A stretch of 64,000 nucleotides of DNA from NCBI GenBank assembly GCA_030390025.1, contig CM059432.1, positions 92,878,001 through 92,942,000 of the forward strand. The letters run 5' to 3'. A model generated the notes under the pieces. That model did not search any database, was not told the DNA's origin, and saw nothing but the letters and a program-made list of their open reading frames with translations. Every line of letters starts with the position of its first letter. The first letter of the stretch is position 1. Both the position numbers and the translations under genes were made by a program. Shown piece after piece: positions 59,716-64,000 of the stretch. Origin of the DNA: Squalus acanthias (Eukaryota).

Positions 59716-61947
59716 AACATAGAAACATAGAAAATAGGTGCAGGAGTAGACCATTCGGTCCTTCGAGCCTGCACCGCCATTTAATGCGTTCATGGCTGAA
59801 CATGCTACCTCAGTACCCCATTCCTGCTTTCTCGCCATACCCCTTGATCCCCCTAGTTGTGAGTATTATATCTAACTCCCTTTTGAATATATTTAGCGAA
59901 CTGGCCCCAACAACCTTCTGTGGAAGAGAATTCCTATTGGAAACATCCTCAAAAAATTCCAGAAGATTTGTCAAGCATGATTTCCCTATCACAAATCCAT
60001 GCTGACTTGGACCTATCATGTCGCCACTTTCCAAATGGTCTGTTATGACATCTTTAATAATTGATTCCATCATTTTACCCACCACCGATGTCAGGCTGAC
60101 CGGTCTATAATTCCCTGCTTTCTCCCTCCCTCCTTTTTTAAAAAGAGGGGTTACATTAGCCACCCTCCACTCCTTCGGAACTGATCCAGAGTCTAAGGAA
60201 TGTTGGAAAATGATCGTCAATGCATCCACTATTTCCAAGGCCACCTCCTTAAGTACTCTGGGATGCAGACCATCAGGCCCTGGGGATTTATCAGCCTTCA
60301 GTCCCATCAATTTCCCCAACACCTTTTCCCGACTGATAAGGATTTCCCTCAGCTCCTCCCTCTTACCAGATCCTTTGATCTCTTTTATTTCCGGAAGGTT
60401 GTTTGTGTCCTCCACAGTAAACACCGAACCAAAGTACTTGTTCAATTGATCTGCCATTTCTTTGTTCCCCATTATGACTTCCCCTGTTTCTGACTGCAGG
60501 GGACCTACGTTTGTTTTTACTAACCTCTTTCTTTTTACATATTTATAGAAGCTTTTGCAGTCCGTTTTAATGTTCTCCGCAAGCTTCCTTTCATATTTTA
60601 TTTTCCCTGCCCTAATCAAACCCTTCGTCCTCCTCTGCTGAGTTTTAAAGTTCTCCCAGTCCCCGGGTTTGCTGCTACTTCTGGCCAATTTGTATGCCAC
60701 TTCCTTGCTTTTAATACTATCCCTGATTTCCCTTGTTAGCCATGGTTGAGCCACCTTCCCTTTTTTATTTTTACGCCAGACAGGATGTACAATTGCTGTA
60801 GTTCATCCATGCGATCTCTAAATGTCTGCCATTGCCCTTCCACTGATAACCCCTTAAATATCGCTTGCCAATCTAACCTCGCCAATTCACGCCTCATACC
60901 CTCAAAGTTGCCCTTATTTAAGTTCTGGACCATGGTCTCTGACTTAACTGTTTCCTTCTCCATCCTAATGTAGAACTCCACCATACTATGGTCACTCTTC
61001 CCCAAGGGGCCTCGCACCACAAGATTGCTGATTAGTCCTTCCTCATTACACAACACCCAGTCCAGGATGGCCTCCCCTCTAGTTGGTTCCTCAACATATT
61101 GGTTTAGGAAGCCATCCCTTAAACACTCCAGGAAATCCTCCTCCACCGTATTGCTTCCAGTTTGAGTAGCCCAATCTATATGCATATTAAAGTCACCCAT
61201 GATAACTGCTGCGCCTTTTTTGCATGCACCTCTGATTTCCTGTTTCATACCCTCCCCCACCTCACTACTACTGTTTGGAGGTCTGTACACAACCCCCACT
61301 AACGTTTTCTGCCCTTTGGTGTTCTGCAGCTCAACCCATATTGATTCCACATCCTCCAAGCTAATGTCCTTCCTAGCTATTGCATTAATCTCCTTTTTAA
61401 CCAGCAATGCTACCCCACCCCCTTTTCCTTTTATTCTATCCTTCCTGAATGTTGAATACCCCTGGATATTCAGTTCCCAGCCTTGATTGTTCTGGAGCCA
61501 CGTCTCTGTAATCCCAATCACATCATATCCGTTAACATCAATTTGCACAGTCAATTCATCCACCTTATTACGGATACTCCTTGCATTAAGACACAGAGCC
61601 TTTAGGCTTGTTTTATTAACACCCTTTGTCCTTTTAGACTTATGATTTAGTATGGCCCTTTGTGTTTCTTGCCTTTGTTTACTCGGATTTCCCTTATTGT
61701 TTCTCACCCTTCTAACATTTGTTTCTGACTGCATATTACTTCCCCCTGTTTCGCTACATAGGTTCCCATTCCCCTGCCATATTAGTTTAAATCCTCCCGA
61801 ACTGCCTTAGCAAATATTACCCTGAGGACATCGGTTCCAGTCCTGCCCAAGTGCAGACCGTCCCTTTTGTACAGGTCCCACTTCCCCGAGAACTGGTTCC
61901 AATGCCTCAGGTATTTGAATCCCTCCCCCCTGCACCACTGCTCAAGC
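59716..61947 (-). mobile_element. Young CR1 LINE: ORF1 end, intact APE, RT core deleted, 3' tail
   Basis: ORF1 end LYKRDGLHL. APE motifs CLNARSI, GITETW, VYRPP, MGDFN, GKSDH. ORF2 jumps EFFEDVSNR|NSLPQKVV at about 59934. tttctatg tail repeats. Confidence 0.93.
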
Positions 61948-64000
61948 TGCTGCTGAGAGAAAATGATACAAAATTAAAATCTCACTGCTTTCCCAGCAGT
62001 GGCCCAAAATCTTTATTTGTTATGGAATCTGTTTAAAATTTCTACTTTAACTGGTTTTATAAGTGTTTGTTCTTTAAAGTTGCAAATTAGCAGTTTTCTT
62101 GTTAATTTCTTCATTTTGGTAGAAGCTACTATGTATACTGGCTTTTCCTAAGGTGCTCAATTGATGCAATAGAATGGAAAGCCTCCGTTGTGGCAAAATC
62201 CTGGTTCAGTTGAACCATGAAACCGTGTTACTCCTTTGGTTCAGCTTGCAATGTTCATATCTGTTGGTATAATATTCTTAATTACAAATGGGTTTTTAAG
62301 AGGGGAATTCTCCTCGGTCATGTAGAGATTAAAGGATGTGTGGAGATTGTCTACAAGGTTGATTTTCCACCCTCAACAGAAGATGTACTGGTGGAGTTGC
62401 ATGGCCAAGTAACGGGCGAATGCTCTTGGCCCCACACAGTTGGTCACTAATGCTCACAAATTGGGCCAGCTTTTGGGTTTGGCCATTGGCTTGCTGTTGA
62501 GTAGAGTTGGTCACTGTCAACCGTTTTAAGAGCATCAGTGGGGATTATAGTAATTAACCACTCAAGGCTCTCGCCTTGCTTCTGGAACAGATATCAGTTT
62601 GAGTTGACCAACATTGAGCCTGAACAGGATGGTGCAAGACATAGAACTAATCATTAGACATCAACATGCTTTTGGCAAGAGAAAGAGCAAGTTAGTTAAG
62701 GAATTTTCTAAAAGACTCCTTCAGTGCTGTGTCCTTGGCCATTGAAAGGGCTTTTGCCCATCTCCCAGTTGTCACAGCACTAACACAAGCAGTAGTGTGT
62801 TAAACTCAACTTACTGGTACAGAAATCCTAGTGCTAACATTTCTGTAAACCGTGCAGGTTGTCATGTAACATTTTCAGAATGTCTGCTCCTGAATAATGA
62901 AATATTCCGGTGGTAGTAGAATTTGCTCTTCTGCATTTGGATTATGCCCAGAAAAAGAGGCTTAAGGTGTGTAACGCTAATGTGAAGTATTAGTGGTTAC
63001 AATGTGGTGGTGTGGTGGGAGTATTTTGAGGTGTTGAATTAAGAGGATTATGTAAGAAGCATATTACTCAAGATTAAAGCTTATTGGTTTAAGTACAGTT
63101 TTCCTATAGCATATAGGTAATGATATGTTAAATGTACCCAGCAATACTACTGGTGTGGGTACTGATTTGATTTGGGTAGCGTGACCAAGGCAAGTGGATA
63201 CTTTTAATACGTTTCCTCATTACCTCTGAGGTGGATTCTGACAGGCAAAGGGTTCCTGTTACAAGGACTCTGTAAAACTTCAGGAATAAGCACTGGAAAA
63301 GATGCTGGCTGAGCAGATATATCATTTCATGAGTCCAATTGCTTCTCTTTTGGGGTCCAACAACGTGTTATGGGGTGAGAAAAGATACATATTTTGTAGT
63401 GCTCCAAATAACATTGCCTGTGTTGACTCCTAAAAATGAATATAGGAAAAAAGAGTTCAAAATAGACGTCTAAAATTTGGAAGGTATCAAGACTGTAGTG
63501 GCCTGCGTGCCTTTTAGAAGGATTTCTGTTTGCACAGCCACGTGCTGCGTCCTTGATTGTCTCAATTGCAGATGCAATAAGGCCGTGTTATCCAATATAT
63601 TAGCCACTAAATACATGTGGCTAATTAGGAATCCAGATGTGACTCATTCTATTTTTGATTAGTAAATAAAAAATTCGTAATGGACACCGTCTGGTGTGTG
63701 ATCTCAATGTTCATATTCGTATGGTGTATGCATGTGTATTTTAACCTTTTTTGTTCATTATATGTGCATTAATTTGGTTACTGCATATTGGTTATCTACT
63801 AAAATGGTGTGTAACATGGGTGAAAATGCATGTTAGTACCAGCAACTTTGTATGGAGAGGGGAGCTGTGATTGCGGTTAAGATCGACCAATCGGAATAAC
63901 TGCTTCAGGCGAGCAGAAGAAAGCAAGCCCAACTGATGATGAGCAGCTTTAACATGGCACAATATAGCAAAGGGCAAGCAACATCCAACTGCGTTCTGGG

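Noticed and set aside
62329..62535. QQANGQTQKL resembling a Gypsy integrase HPQxNGxxER motif
   Set aside because: A single weak motif with no other integrase, RT or LTR features identifiable.

Overview
Eukaryotic, repeat-dominated vertebrate DNA, most likely a shark or other elasmobranch (inferred from HE1-type V-SINEs, SacSINE1/DeuSINE-type SINEs and abundant CR1 and Penelope-like elements). Much of the window is transposon debris: classical CR1 LINEs (one with an SGNH-esterase ORF1), a second CR1-group LINE ('family B'), one L2, Penelope-like elements with minimal hammerhead ribozymes, several decayed Harbinger transposase and Myb/SANT fragments, Harbinger-type MITEs with 3-bp TSDs, and three SINE families, often nested two to three levels deep. 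The only convincing host gene starts in a CpG island at about 43.1-44.5 kb (+). It encodes an acidic N-terminus followed by a C17orf113/ZNF862-type zinc finger. The apparent frameshift between these two parts is best explained by a short phase-0 GT-AG intron. Main curiosities: that intron/frameshift switch; a perfect 64-bp Penelope fold-back whose turn lies 4 nt from the predicted ribozyme cut site; a young CR1 with an in-frame deletion of the RT core; a MITE with four strong, partly alternative hairpins; and a tRNA-Glu pseudogene with a CTT anticodon. Family names come from recalled motifs, not database searches. Repeat boundaries are approximate unless a TSD is quoted.
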